Shown in pieces: positions 25,036 through 39,106 of a stretch of 64,000 nucleotides of DNA (positions are counted from its first letter, which is position 1; the number at the start of each line of letters is the position of its first letter). The stretch lies in contig NC_043008.1 of NCBI RefSeq assembly GCF_006345805.1, forward strand, positions 6,572,001 to 6,636,000, written 5' to 3'. Both the position numbers and the translations under genes were made by a program. The notes below the pieces were generated by a model. The model worked only from the letters and a program-made list of their open reading frames with translations, was not told the DNA's origin and searched no databases. This DNA is from Octopus sinensis. Taxonomy: Eukaryota.

Positions 25036-26354
25036 GTTTTAATGTGTCACTGGCATGAGCGCTTGTATATGATGCCGGCAGTAGTACTTTTTACATGGCA
25101 CCAGCACAGAAGTCTTGTAGACCAATCTTCTTCATCGGTGGGGGGAGTAGCCTTAACACTTCTGTTGCAGAGGAATGGACTTGTTTGTGTGTATGTGTAC
25201 TCATGCATGCACAAAGCTTACTCAATGTTAAAAATCACAGTCAACAGCTACAAACTTATTTTGTAAGACTCCTGTGTTCAGTAAGAGAACTGTAGCCTAA
25301 AACCAGACTTTCTGGTCAAAATCACCCAAGATAATGGCTGTTAGGCTTATGTAGAGAAAGTATTACGGAAGTATTTTTTCCAGCACTAAAAGAACGTCTA
25401 TACTTTACCATTGTTCTTTAGAGATGTGTTCCAAGGTTAGAGTTATTCAAATCAAGCATTTCAAATCGATAATTATATTAAATAAATGATATTGCAAAAG
25501 TACAGTGTATTGCCATGTTCTTTAAAGAAACATTCACCATTTTAAGCAATCTTCTCAGCTACTCTACCAAGTGTCATATTCATCGTTCAGCATTTGGAAC
25601 AATAGAACCGGTTTGAATTCTGTCTGAAATGTGGGACACTCTTATAAAAAGTAATGAAGTGAGATTTCCTGACATTCTTGGAATAAATATTGGTAGGAAC
25701 GGGATTTAAAACGAAGGTTGTGAACTACTTACAAGGAGCTTACACATTTACAGCATTGCTATATGGCAGATCAATTGATTAATAGTTAAAGACAGCAAAC
25801 CACTAATTTTATTTTATTTTTATTTATTTTTTTGAATTCCAGCAGAAGCATCTAGAAGCTCAGCTCCCTACCTGTTGAATACATGAAAAGGAGGGTAGCT
25901 AACTAAGCCAGTTAACATGGAACATTTGCATAGCAATTTCAATGTCTACTTCCATATCACTGTTAGTCTTTCTTTTCTTTTCTGTTTGCTCTTTGTTTTT
26001 TTTTTGTTTTTTTTTTTGTTGTGTTTTTCTTTCTCGAAAGCTGTTGCCTCCATTGATATCGATGCAGCTGTCATTGTTAGAAAAGCTCATAAATGCACAA
26101 AACTTGCTCATACAAAAGACCTCTTTACAAATCTCTTTGCTTATGCTCTTCAATCTTTTATCTTTTCAATCCATACTTTCTTTTCTTCTCTTCTTTCATT
26201 CACCTGCTTTTTGTTACTTCTTTTTTTATTTATTTATTTACATATTATTCAAACACTGCCACCTCTCTCTCTATCTCTCCATCTACCCCTCTCTTTCCCT
26301 CCTTTCCTTCCTTCTATCCCATTCTCCCTCCCCCTCGCACTTTTCTCCCCACAC

Positions 26355-26396
26355 AATTATGTATATATATATGTGTATATCTATCTATCTATCTAT

Positions 26397-26434
<38 letters not shown>

Positions 26435-26472
26435 TATATATGTATATATATATGTATATATATATGTATATA

Positions 26473-26514
<42 letters not shown>

Positions 26515-26746
26515 TACACACACATGTATGTACATACATATATGTATATAAAGATATATTTATATGCATTTATATATATGTATATATTTATATACATGTA
26601 TTTATATATATACTTTGTATATATATATGTATGTGAGCACACACATATATATATATATATACACAGACACACACATGCACACACACACACAAAAATATAT
26701 GTACATGTATGTATGTGCATATATACATGTATGAATATGTGTCTAA

Positions 26747-26779
<33 letters not shown>

Positions 26780-26800
26780 TGTATGTATGTATGTATGTAT
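26355..26800. repeat. Compound TA/CA/TATG microsatellite
   Basis: Seen directly. Confidence 0.9.
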
Positions 26801-27692
26801 ATAATATTTTCCATAATCAAATTTTCATTATTTATTAGAAATCTATTTTTATTTATTTATGGCTTTTATTTGCTTTTCTCCCCCCCCCCCGCACATTTCG
26901 TTTTATAAAAGCAGGCTAACTTCTTTCCTATCCTTAATGACATTCAAATGTAAAATACAGAAAACAACCACCAATATCAAAAAAAAAAAAATACTAAAAG
27001 CAAATATGATTAACAATTCAATTTATGGATTTCCTTGCATCCTCTCATCTAACCATCTTTCATTCAATCCATTTTCATATTCTATATTCCCTCCATCTTG
27101 CTCTGGCTTCCTTTTACATATTTCCGACCATTCCCTCTCCCTACTAAATTGACAACATACTTTCATCTGTTAAGTATTTCAAATCTTGTTGCTGTTATCA
27201 ATTTGAAAATTAGAAATAAATCTATAATATAGTTTTATATTCAAAGAATTTGTGTTTGTTCCAGTTTTCCTCATGAGGGTTAATTTTGTATTAGTGCACA
27301 TCAGATGTGATTTGAATTTTGAGAACAAATGAAATATTTCAAAAATTCAGCATGCACCATAGATTCTGATTGTAAGCTCATATAACATACAGGTTGCAGA
27401 AATAATGTATGATATATCAACCATGGATGGTGTGTTTAGCAAATGTAAGCTAGAAAAATTAGCCATGAATGCAAAATATTTTCTACAGCTGCAGAGGAGA
27501 GAACCGAATATTTACTGTTAGGTATGTACTGTTAAATAAAAGTTTATATTGTTACATATTTAATGTGCTGTGAGATAAAGATGGATGTGTTAGAAAGATA
27601 TAGAACCTGATGCAGTAAAACTAATTCATACACCATTAATAATGAAGTAACAACAAGTATAGTAACTTGGAAAAATGATGATCTAAAAATCA

Positions 27693-27900
27693 TTGAAGTA
27701 AGATGTCATATGCTGAGATAAGAGATGTCACATTAGGAAGTAAGATATGTCAGATGTTGAGGCAAGATATGTCAGATGTTGAGGCAAGATATGTCAGATG
27801 TTGAGATATATCACATCTTGAAGTAAGATATGTCAGATGTCAAGGCAAGATATGTCAGATGCTGAGATAAGATATGACATGTTTAGTAAGATATGTCACA
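27693..27900. repeat. Minisatellite, about 22-bp unit AAGATATGTCAGATGTTGAGGC
   Basis: About 9-10 degenerate tandem copies. Confidence 0.85.
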
Positions 27901-28049
27901 CTGTTTTTAAAGTAATAACTGTTCTTTATTCTCTTGATTTACCTACAGAACTACGATCTATTTAAGACTAGAATATAGAGAATACACAGAGCAAAACAAT
28001 GGACTAGAAGAATTATCCACAATTACTTTAATATGAAAATATCATCAAG

Positions 28050-28645
28050 ACTGTTGGTTTTCAATGAACAACCTTGCCCAGACTTGTGCTTCAGGGGGGA
28101 ACTTTCTAGGCACAATCCCACAGTCATTCATGATTGAAGGGGATCTTTACCAATTTTATGTGTCTTAGTGAAGGTACATGGCTCAGTGGCTAGAGTGTTG
28201 GGCTCACATTCTTGAGGTAGTGAGTTCAAATCCTGGACCAGACGGTGTGCTGTGTTCTTGAGCAAGACACTTTATTTCATGTTGCTCCAGTCCACTCAGC
28301 TGTTGAAATGAATGTCACTAGTGTCAAGCTGTGTCAGCCATTGCCTTTCCCAGTGGCATGGAGAGGGGGAGGCTGATATGCATGGGCGACTGTTGGTCTT
28401 CCATAAACAACCTTGCCAGACTTCTGCCTCAGAGGGTAACTTTCTAGGTGCAATCCCATGGTCATTCCTGACCGAAGGGGGTCGTTACTCTTTACCCTAT
28501 GTACATATAATGGCATAGAGAAGGGAGGCCGGTATGCATGGGCAACTGTTGGTCTTCCATAAACAACCTTGCTCAGACTTGTGCCTCGGAGGGTAACTTT
28601 CTAGGTTCAATGCCATGGTCATTCATCAATGAGAGTGGTCTTTAT
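28050..28645 (+). mobile_element. SINE family B with its 3' tail segment present three times
   Basis: Head at about 28168; CTGTTGGTCTTCCATAAACAACCTTGC...ACTTTCTAGG recurs near 28051, 28390 and 28546. Confidence 0.8.
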
Positions 28646-29013
28646 TTTTCCTTTTTACAGTAACTTGAACTCTGACAAGGATTTCCTCTGGTTTTACATT
28701 AGTTCAATAAAGTCAAACCATTATCAATGTTTCCTTTCTGTCAGACATAATCTACAACTATTCAAATATCTTGCTTAATGTGGTGACATTTTTATGGCTG
28801 TTTTACAGGTGAAAATGATTTATACGGTGTCGTCTTAATAGGACGCTGAACCTCACTGAATATATTACAAAGGAATGCAACAGATGGCAAGATGCTTCGA
28901 CGGAAAGAATCTCTCCAAATTATGCAGGCAAGAAAAAGCGTATGTAAAAATGATGCTGAACATGCCAAGGAAATATATAAAGTTTGTGAGTGTGCGTGTA
29001 TGTGTGTGTGTGT

Positions 29014-29545
29014 GTCTGTCAGTCTATCTATCAGCCAGTCTGTCTGTCTATCAGCCAGTCTGTCTGTCTGTCTATCAGCCGGTCTGTCTGTCTGTCTATC
29101 TATCTGTCTGTATGTCTGTCTGTCTGTCTATCTGCCAGTCTATCTGTCTGTCTATCTATCTATCTATCTATCTGTCTGTCTGTCTATCTATCTGCCAGTC
29201 TGTCTGTCTGTCTATCTGCCAGTCTGTATGTCTGTCTATCTATCTATCTATCTATCTGTCTGTCTGTCTATCTATCTGCCAGTCTGTATGTCTGTCTATC
29301 TGCCAGTCTGTATGTCTGTCTATCTGCCAGTCTATCTGTCTATCCATCTATCTGTCTATCTGCCAGTCTGTATGTCTGTCTATCTGCCAGTCTGTATGTC
29401 TATCTATCTGCCAGTCTGTCTGTCTGTCTGTCTATCCATCTAGCTGTCAATCTCCCAGTCTTTATGTCTGTCCATCTGTCTGTCTATTTGCCAGTCCGTC
29501 TGTCTATCTATCTGCCAGTCTGTCTGTTTGTCTGTCTCTCTATTT
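29014..29545. repeat. (TCTG/TCTA)n tetranucleotide array with recurring GCCAGTC variant units
   Basis: Seen directly; it explains three long spurious ORFs. Confidence 0.9.
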
Positions 29546-30309
29546 AAATCTATCTATATATATATTGATAGATATACACGTATATTTCCATACACATATA
29601 TCTATATATACATTTACACACAGATTTATTCACATCTATATTTGCATGCAACCATGGTGATTGATCCATCTTCACAGATGAATATCTTCTCCTTGTTCTT
29701 CTTCATTCTCAATGGCATTTCTGACTTACCATCCATAACCTCTCACACAACCATTCAGTCCCATTGTGGATCAACATATTTTGAAGCAAAGGTAACAAAC
29801 GAAGCTTATAACCTACCATGTGCTTCCAGTTGATTAGGTCTGCACAGGTCACCACTCTTCTATCATCATAAGACATTCAATAGATGGAATGGCAAACGAG
29901 ATCACCCTTAAGAGACTTTGTTACATCATTGGAATATAGTGATAAATTCTGGTACAACAAGAGTACCACTCTTTCAGTCTCTGTGATTAGTATTTAGTGA
30001 CCGACTGAAGTGAGGTGACCAGTAATCACATAAGACTGAAGGTTTTATATCTGGGTGTCCCTCCCCTAGTTTTGCTGAGCTCCATATCAACAACCAAGAG
30101 TATTTCTGCATCCCCACACTCGGATTATCATCATGCATGCTAGTTAATCCAGTTAATCCATATCTGGGTCTCTGACGGATCTTACTACTCTGGATCAGTG
30201 TAGAACTGATCAAATTGTGGCTAAGAGTAGGTTGCACATTCCTCAGAACCCTGAAACTCCTGAAAACCAGAGCTCTGCAACAAGATGTATTTTAAAGTCG
30301 TAGCCAGAA

Positions 30310-30553
30310 CATACATATAGACATGCATATATACATACATACATACATACATACATACATACATTCATACATACATGCATACATGCATACATACATACAT
30401 ACATACATGCATATATACATACATACATGCATACATACATGAATACATACATACATACATATTTGCATACATACATACATACATACATGCATGCATGCAT
30501 GCATACATACATACATACATACATCCATACATACATACATACATTCATTCATA
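30310..30553. repeat. (CATA/CATG)n microsatellite
   Basis: Seen directly. Confidence 0.9.
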
Positions 30554-30770
30554 CAAATGGTACTCTTACAGGAAACCAAAGAGAACCCTGCAAGGCACAA
30601 TGCTTTCAGAATCCACGAGTTTATTTCAGAAAGAGTAAGTCTATCCAGACATGGATCTAATCACATTTTATGCGATGTCCATTATGTTGCAGTGAAAAGA
30701 CAAATCTCCATTCAACTGGAAACTTGAATTATTGAACTGTTGCAGACATTCTTCAAAGTTTTTAGTTCCC
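30554..30770 (+). mobile_element. Possible piggyBac transposase C-terminal Cys-rich remnant
   Basis: Frameshifted reading HGSNHIL / RCPLCCSEKT / ET*IIELLQTFFKVF resembles the GxxH...RCxxC...CxxC...CFxxFH pattern. Confidence 0.3.
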
Positions 30771-30933
30771 TGGCCTCTTCCACAGAATGGCTGATGCATA
30801 CAGCCTTTTCTCTCTGCCACAAATTGTTGCTGTTGCCATCATTATTATTTGGAACTTGTTAGACGTGTTCTCATTTTATCTTCAATCTATTGATTCCTTT
30901 CAATCATCGTATTTGATCCTTACACAATTTTTA

Positions 30934-30980
<47 letters not shown>

Positions 30981-31831
30981 TATAACTTTAGCTGTCTTTT
31001 CATCGATCCTCATGTAGATTACACATGTGACCTTTACTGGAGATCTTTTAAGTTTTAAAATTATTGCTGCCATAATAGAATTGCTTGAATTTTCTAAGGA
31101 TTTTGGTGTTTTTTTTTTCATATTTTGGCACTTTTTCATGCCTTCTCAAACTCTTTAAATTGTATTTCTTCCATCCATTAATTTAGACCATTTGTTTGTA
31201 TCGGTGTTCATTTTCGGTTTTGTTTTCAATGCAACCAGCAAAATTCTACCCAACAATTGCTTCACCCCTCGTCCTCCCACCCTTAATCCCTGTCTATTTA
31301 ATTTCTATATCGTGAACTTGTTTCTTACTTGTTCTCTTCCTCCCCTTCTTTCCTCTGTATTTATTTACATATCTCTATATTGTATATCATATGAATGTAG
31401 CTAAGTCATGTATCAAAGCTAAGCTAACCCCTTAAACACCCCCTCACGATTAAATTATATATTTTTCTAACATTAGCCTTTTTGTTTTGTTTTCCTTACA
31501 TAAACATCCATTCATTTCAGTAGCATAGTCAAGGGAGGGCTGGGGTAAGTCTGCTCAAGGGGATACCTTTATAGGAGCGGTACTTTGGTTAGGTTTGGGA
31601 GGGCTAGGTGGTGGGGTGGAGGGTGGAAACTCGAGGGAGACCCTGGGCAATATTTACTCTAAGCTACACTTACTCTCTCATTTTAACCTGAAACAAATTC
31701 ATTCTTTGTGAAACTCAGGTACCCCCTGTTTTACCCTCTCTATTATTAGATTTATTATTATTATTAGATTATTATTATTAGATTATTATTATTATTGTTT
31801 GCTCTCTCCACCTATTTCTTTGTTTTCTTAT

Positions 31832-32415
31832 ATAGGCACAGGCATAGCTGTGTGGTAAGAAGCTTGCTTCCTACAATGAACCTCTGGGTTCAGTCCCACA
31901 GTAGGGCATCTTGTGCAAGTGTCTTCCACTATAGCTTTGGGTTGACCAAGGCGTTGTGAGTGGATTTGGTATCTGAATGAAGCTGTTGTGTATATCATCA
32001 TCATCATTTAACGTCCGTGTTCCATGCTAGCATGGGTGGTACCACAAGAGACAGCCAGACTGAAGCCTGCACCAGACTTCTGTGACTATTTTGGCAGGAT
32101 TTTACAGTTGGAAGCCCTTCCTAACACCAACCACTCAGTATATATATATGTGTGTGTATATATGTGTGTGTGTGTGTGTGTATCTATATGTATGTGTCCT
32201 TGTCTTTGTCCAAACTCCACTGCTGGGACAGCTGGTACTGGTGTGTTTACCTCCCTGTGACTTAGCTGTTCATCAAAAGAGACCAACAAAATAAGTACCA
32301 GGCTTTAACAAAAAAATAAAAGACCTGGGATCGATTGATTCAACTAAAACCCTTCCATGTGGTGCCCCAGCATGGCCACAAGCAAATCACTGCAATGAAT
32401 TAAAAATAAAAGAAT
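31832..32415 (+). mobile_element. SINE family A with a nested minus-strand family C fragment (about 31995-32140)
   Basis: Head at 31832, tail near 32410, CATCATCATTTAACGTCCG insert inside the microsatellite. Confidence 0.8.
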
Positions 32416-32692
32416 TAGAATTCTAAAACAATTCTTGTTTGGAAATATTTCTTGCCTGCAAATGTTGCAATTGTTACCTTAGAACAGCAATTCATCGTTT
32501 AAACATTTTCCTTCCTTGTTTTAATGTTTGTATTGTTTATTTTCATCAAAATTTTATTGTATTATTCCAACATTTTATTATTCCAACAGATTCCATTAAT
32601 TTTCAAATGTCATAATCCCTTCTCTAATCAGCCTTAAATATTTATTTCCTTATTTCACTTATAATAAAATACACATAACATTAGTAACCCAT

Positions 32693-32885
32693 TGGAAGTG
32701 GCGAGCTGGCAGAAAAGTTAGCATGCTGGGCGAAATGCTTAGCAGTATCTCATCGGCCATTATGTTCTGAGTTCAAATTCCACCGAGGTTGACTTTGCCG
32801 TTCAGCCTTTTGGGGCCGATAAATTAAGTAGCAGTTGCATACTGGGGCTGATCTAATCGACTGGCCATCTCCCCCAAAATTTACA
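32693..32885 (+). mobile_element. SINE family D
   Basis: GGCGAGCTGGCAGAA A box, GTTCAAATTCC B box, GTTGACTTTGCC core. Confidence 0.85.
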
Positions 32886-32886
32886 A

Positions 32887-33684
32887 AGTTTCCACAAAAA
32901 CTGTTCACTGGGAGCTGCACAAAGCCGGATTTCACATGAGGGCTGCAATCAGAAAACCACTACTTTCAAAAGCAAACGTTGCAAAACATTTAGAGTGGAG
33001 TAAAATCTTACAGAATTAGTCCCTAGAGCAGTAGAAGAATGTTATTTTCTCGAACGCATCATCCTTTTACCCTATTTCCGACCACTCGCTGAGTATACAT
33101 GTAGAGACAGCCAAAAGAAGCATTTGACCCAGACTGCCTTCTTCCAACTGTTAAACATAGAGGAGGATCTGTGATGATCTGGGGCCCTATATTTTGGAAA
33201 TCCACCAGCCCAATGGTTTGCCTTTATGGCAGAATTAGTAGTCAAGACTATTTAAGCATTTTATTTGATCAAATTCATCCTATGGTTGCAGAACTGTTTC
33301 CAGAGGGAAATGCAATCTTTCAGAATGATAATGCACCAATTCACACAGATAAAGTTGTTACTGAATGGCACAAGGATCATTCTAGTGAAGTTGACCATCT
33401 TATCTGGCCACCACAGTCCCCAGATTTCAATATTATTGAACATTTATGGTGCATTTTAGAAAAACAAGTAAGGAGGCGATATTCTCCACCATCATCACTA
33501 CAAGAACTGGAGACTGTTTTAATTGAAGAATGGACAAAAATTCCTTTGGAAACAATTCAAACTTTGTATGAATCCATACTTCATAGAATTCAAGCTGTAT
33601 TTACTGCCAAAGTGAGTCCTACCCCATATCAAAATAAATTTGCTTGAAATTTTTATGTGTTTCCATTATTTTGTCCAACCCCTG
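32887..33684 (+). mobile_element. Tc1-family DNA transposon, 3' two-thirds with decayed DDE transposase and right TIR
   Basis: VKHRGGSVMIWG...FQNDNAPIH...WPPQSPDFNIIEHLW motifs (ORF 33171-33647); TIR GTGTTTCCATTATTTTGTCCAACCCCTG at 33657-33684, then TA. Confidence 0.95.
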
Positions 33685-34291
33685 TATATATGATGCATCA
33701 CTGTCATCACGATGGTTTTCAACATCCCCTTGACAAACTGAAATGGATGAAATGGAATTTGAGACAGATTTCTGCCAACTGGATGACCAGCCACTGGGAT
33801 ATATTTCCCCATGGCTACAGATGTTTCATGGAAGAGTAGAAACAAAGACCACACACACACACACACACACACATAAACAAACAAATATGTGCATGTATGC
33901 ATATGAAGGACACTCGTTTCAGTTGATTTCTATGAAATCCATTTTGTAAACTGATTGTTCTTGGGCTATAGTGGAAAACTTGCCTAAGGTGCCATGCAGT
34001 GAGTCTAGACGAGAAAACATGTAGTTAAGAAGCAATCTTTGTGACCACATCATATGTGTGTGTGTTTGATTACTGCTAATGTATGAAACTCTCACCCTTC
34101 AATCTGTTTGTAGCCTCTGCTGATTAAATAGTATACACACACACATGCATGTGTATATATGTATATAATGGATAATATATATATATGTATATATATATAT
34201 ATGTATATATGTGTGTGCGCATGTGTGTGTGTTTGTATATATATATGTGTGTGTATATATATATATGTGTGTGTGTGTATGTGTGTGTGTG

Positions 34292-34330
<39 letters not shown>

Positions 34331-34559
34331 ATATTTATATAAAATGCAATCCACATACATATGTATGTCTGTATAATTGTAGAGAGAGAGATGCATACAT
34401 AGACAGGCATTCCTGAAGACAAAACACGAACACACACACAGACACACACACATACACACATGCACGTGTGCACACACACACACACGCACACGTGCACACA
34501 CACACGCACGCAAGTACACATGTATAAGCATAGATTTGCCTTCAAATTCTCACTTCCTA

Positions 34560-34667
34560 CATACATCACCCCCCCACTCTGCCCACGTGGTACAAATGTA
34601 ATTATCAGCTTGCAATTCAGGAACTTTTCATTCCAATACTGTCTTGTTTTTATTTTTTTTTACTTTG

Positions 34668-34701
<34 letters not shown>

Positions 34702-35420
34702 TGGGAGGTGGAGGTGGAGGGGGTAACATTTCTTTAGCAAAGATTAATTCAAATTTGATTTATTTCTTTATTTAATTTATATATTTATTATATATTGGTT
34801 TGCCTATCATTTGTTTGTTTGTGTGTTTGTTTTGCTTTTACGTTCATTATTCATTGACAATTGTCAGATGAGATACTTCGGAAACACAAATGTCACCACA
34901 AAAACAACAACAACGACAACAACTACAAAACGAAACGAAAGAAACAAAAGGGTAAACAGAACATAAACTACAACACAAACTAGCGCAGGTGGGGTGGGTG
35001 TGGGGGCAGAACAATTGGGATCGGAAACAAATGAAAAACAAAAGCAGAAACTATAAGCAAAGCAAGCAGCTCTCCACTGAAACATGTGTTAGTTGTAGAG
35101 AGAGAGAATGCAATTAAATGAAGCAAAGATGACGTCAACTGTAGAAACATTAGCAGTAAGAAAAATTGATGAAAGAATAATGCTAAATGAAGTTATAACA
35201 ATGACAGCATCATCATCATCGTCATCACCAACTGTACCATTATCAGTGCTGCTCAGCTGTTGTTATTGTTGTCATTGCTGTCAGGTTCGTATAAAAATTA
35301 GCGAATGGTGGGGTACTAAGGAGAGACCATTGTGATTCCTTCTATCTGCTGCTGCAGAATTCAGTTCACCTACACACTGCTGCTGCAGCTAGTAAGTTTT
35401 ATACAAGGTGATGGGAGGAG
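34560..35420. promoter_or_regulatory. Candidate cis-regulatory island
   Basis: No recognisable TE; CACGTG at 34584, TGACAATTGTCA at 34855, TGACGTCA at 35130, GA and G-rich tracts. Motif inspection only. Confidence 0.3.
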
Positions 35421-35909
35421 GAGGGTGGTTGGTGTGTGGCTGTAGCTTTAATAACAACAGCAACAAGAGCTGCATCAAACAAGTGTTACTATGGCAACTG
35501 TAGCAGCTACAATAAACAAACAACCGCTGCTATTATTGTTGCACAATAGCAGCAACTTTAAGAACAACAGCAAAAACAATTAAAACTATATCGTTTACAA
35601 CTGTAGCATCAGCTACAACAATAATCATCGCAACAGCAACAGCAACAACAGCAGTAGCAGTAGCGACTGTAAATTCAAATGCAAACTACTGCAGATAATG
35701 TAATAGTTGCACTGACAGTAGCAGAAACAACAACAACAACAAGAACAGGTGCTGATGTATCTGCAGCGGCAATGCCTATCACAACAAGAATAAGAAACAC
35801 AATTACACTTGCTGTGATGTCAAAACAAAAACCAACTACAATAACAACAATAACGACAACAATATCAGTGCAAGATACAACAGCATTAAGTAGCACCTGT
35901 AACAACCTT

Positions 35910-36039
35910 TAATAATAATAATAATAATAATAATAATGATGATGATGATGATGATGATAATAATGATAATAATGATAATAATAATAATGATGATAATAAT
36001 AATAATCATAATAATAATAATAATATAATGATGATGATG

Positions 36040-36092
<53 letters not shown>

Positions 36093-36165
36093 GATAATAA
36101 TAATAATAATAATAATAATAATAGTAATGATAATAATGATGATGACGATGATGATGTATTGATAG
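35910..36165. repeat. (AAT/GAT)n trinucleotide microsatellite
   Basis: Seen directly. Confidence 0.95.
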
Positions 36166-36267
36166 TACAAGAACGCAAACAATAATGAAACTATTATATT
36201 TAAAAGTAAAAACAACTTCAAAGATAATAAGACGAGTTAATACTTTGTCACTAATAACAACAACAGC

Positions 36268-36298
<31 letters not shown>

Positions 36299-36799
36299 GC
36301 ACTAATAAAATCATTTGAGTAAACTTAACCAGAACAAATAACAACAAACACAAAACAACAACTGTACTCACAATAGCATTACTAATGACTACAACAGAAT
36401 ACTAGCATACATATTAGTATACATACACATACACTAACACACACGCATACATGCACGCTCGTACATACACACACACATACACACACATAGATGAACTCTA
36501 AATCCCAAATCTGTTAAAGAGAATAAAAAACTGTTCTGCGAGAGAGAGACATTTCTTTAGTTCTTTCAGACTTTGATAGCGCCACCAATCCACTAACTTG
36601 ATAAACTTAACTTAGTAGACGTTAAAGGAATTAGAAAATGTAGAGAGTAGAGAGAGGAGGGGAGGGAGGGAGAGGGAGAAAATGGCAAAGAATTTTCCCA
36701 GAATTCTCAGAATTCTAACATAATTGAAACAAGGAAGCAATGATTGAAGTTAATAGAATGATGCTTTCTTCTTGTTATTGTCATTATAGTAGCAGTAGT

Positions 36800-36834
<35 letters not shown>

Positions 36835-37643
36835 TAGTAGTAGTAGCAGCAGCAGCAGCATAAGTAGTAGTAGTGGTAGCAGTAGTAGTAGTAGTAGTAG
36901 TAGCATTGTAATAATTAGTAGTAGTAGTAGTTATTGTGTAATGTGCTTGAATGTGTGTGCGTGCGTGTGCATGTGTGAGTGTGTGTGTGTGCGTGTGTGT
37001 GATTTCTTTAAGTTTAAAAGAAACATTTACCATTATGTCAACATGTGTACTTGTATTTGCTCTCAAACTTTTCATTATCGTGCCATTCGTTAATGCTTCA
37101 TTAACTAACTGTTAAATTTGCTGCTGTGTCTTCTCTTATTTAATTCTTATTTGTTGGATTTTAAAATTTAATTTTCAATACGAGTAAAGGGTAACTTCAA
37201 TGTAGGCAAGCATTGCAAACTTGATTGACTAACTAATTAACATTTTCATTAATTGTTTCACAAGAAGTAATATGAAAGGCCAAACCGACAAAGAAATGTC
37301 AGTGAGTGAGCTGTGTCTAAATTTGGAGACAGAGGTTCTAGCTAGATTTTATTAGTTGCAGGAGTGACTACAAAGTGAAAAACCACTAATTTCACTGGTT
37401 GCATTTGTGTGGTATGAACAATTGTTCCAAAGATGGTAAGAAGAATGGAAAGTAATTTTCAACAGAGCTGTTCTGATGAAGAAAACTATTCCAAAATGTC
37501 TGCAGCTACAGTACTAAATTGGTTATACTTTGAAACAAAGAAGTACATACATATATTTGCATTCAATTATCAAATTACTGAGAACTATTGTTCCGCGAGT
37601 CACCAGAATAGTTGTAGTTTGAAGATGTCATGTTTTTGGTACA

Positions 37644-37675
<32 letters not shown>

Positions 37676-38757
37676 AAGAATAGGAATGAATGGAGAAATG
37701 TATGTAGGAGCAGAAATAAATGAAATGCTTCCAAATGGATAGACATATAACATAGGAAATGATGTTCCTGTAAAGCTTTGTATCTCATAAATCCTGAAGG
37801 ACACCATAATAGCGGAATTAATATTCCCAGGAGAATTATACACTTATTCACTAGAAACAATGAACTGAAGTTATAGAATTAAATATTGTATTGAGGAAGA
37901 CAAACATGAAAGACTCCAGGGCAAAGAATTATTTCTAAGCTGTGAACTGAAAGTCCGATATGTATCGTTTTTACCTACCATTATTATATCTAATGTACTT
38001 GACAATAAACACTGTTTATCGTATATCACTTAAATAAACACTTCATACTTATGTTGATTTTTATCATATTAAAAGCCTAAGACACAAAACTAAGTCAATT
38101 TTCACCTTTAAATATTTGAATAAAACATTCGTTTCTTGTATTAAAGTATAACCTATTGTCGTGTTTGAATTATGAAACTATAAGCAAAATAAGAATTAAG
38201 AGTTTACGAAATTCTTACAAAATCCGTAAAGCTACTTGGTTAAAATTATTTGCTTTAACTACTAAATAACCAAATATATGGAGAGATAAAGATTTTGTGA
38301 TTTAATACTGAACTAATTGCATACACTATGGAATTGGTACTGGATTCTCTTGATTAACAGCAAAATCTTGAAAAAAAAATGTTTTTAATGTAGCAAAAAT
38401 GTAAATGTGTTCTACAATAGCAAGAATTTTAAAATGATATTGTAGTCATGATAATTTAATCTATATTTAACTGGATGGAAGTACATGTTAAAAGCACAAG
38501 GATATTAAAAAATTTTTCAGAAAATATATGATAAACAGCTGGTTGAAACCAGTGTACGAGTTGTTTAAGCCAATAAATCCAGAAATAACAAGCAATTAAA
38601 CTTAGGTTATTAAAAAGCAAGTTGTTAGAAACATTAAAAGATATTTGTATGAAATTATCAAGGAGCAAATAAACAGTTTTTATATTTGGTTTGTGAGATT
38701 CTTAATGTGAATTTGTGCATTGAAACAAATCTTGTGTCTAGAGAGGGTCATTATATG

Positions 38758-38924
38758 AATAAAGATTAAAATAAACACACACACGAGCACAATGCCACTT
38801 CTTTATTTTACCAGCCAACTGTTATTCTTACAGCACACATTTCCTCTGCATAAGATTAATAGTTTGTTGGTAAAATAAAGAAGTGGAATTGAACCTGTGT
38901 GTGTGTTTATTTAAAACTTTTATT
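38758..38924. repeat. Fold-back inverted repeat (about 73-bp arms, 20-nt loop), MITE-like
   Basis: CCACTTCTTTATTTTACCA / TGGTAAAATAAAGAAGTGG and ATAAACACACACAC / GTGTGTGTGTTTAT. Confidence 0.85.
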
Positions 38925-39106
38925 AAGGAACCTCCTTAAACATAAATAAACATCATTATGAGAATAATCAGAATGTTTCTTAGGAGCAACAAAGTACAAG
39001 ATAGCAATATAAGGACAGGCATAAGCGAAATTTTTCAAGCCCAGTGGGCAGCACAAGGAGTGATCAGATCTCTCTTATGCATACATACATACATGCATAC
39101 ATACAT

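Noticed and set aside
25899-26153. 84-aa Lys-rich minus-strand ORF
   Set aside because: The Lys run comes from a poly-T tract, the start is TTG, and I recognise no homology
35440-35912. Thr/Ala-rich mucin-like ORF (35679-35912)
   Set aside because: It lies in a degenerate (ACA/GCA)n tract with stops in neighbouring sequence and no clear splice context
37466-37507. Hammerhead-like CTGATGAAG...CAAAATGTC (also CTGATGA at 550, CTGAAGA at 18685, CTGACAA near 54284)
   Set aside because: GAAA or helices are missing or need several assumed mutations; not distinguishable from chance
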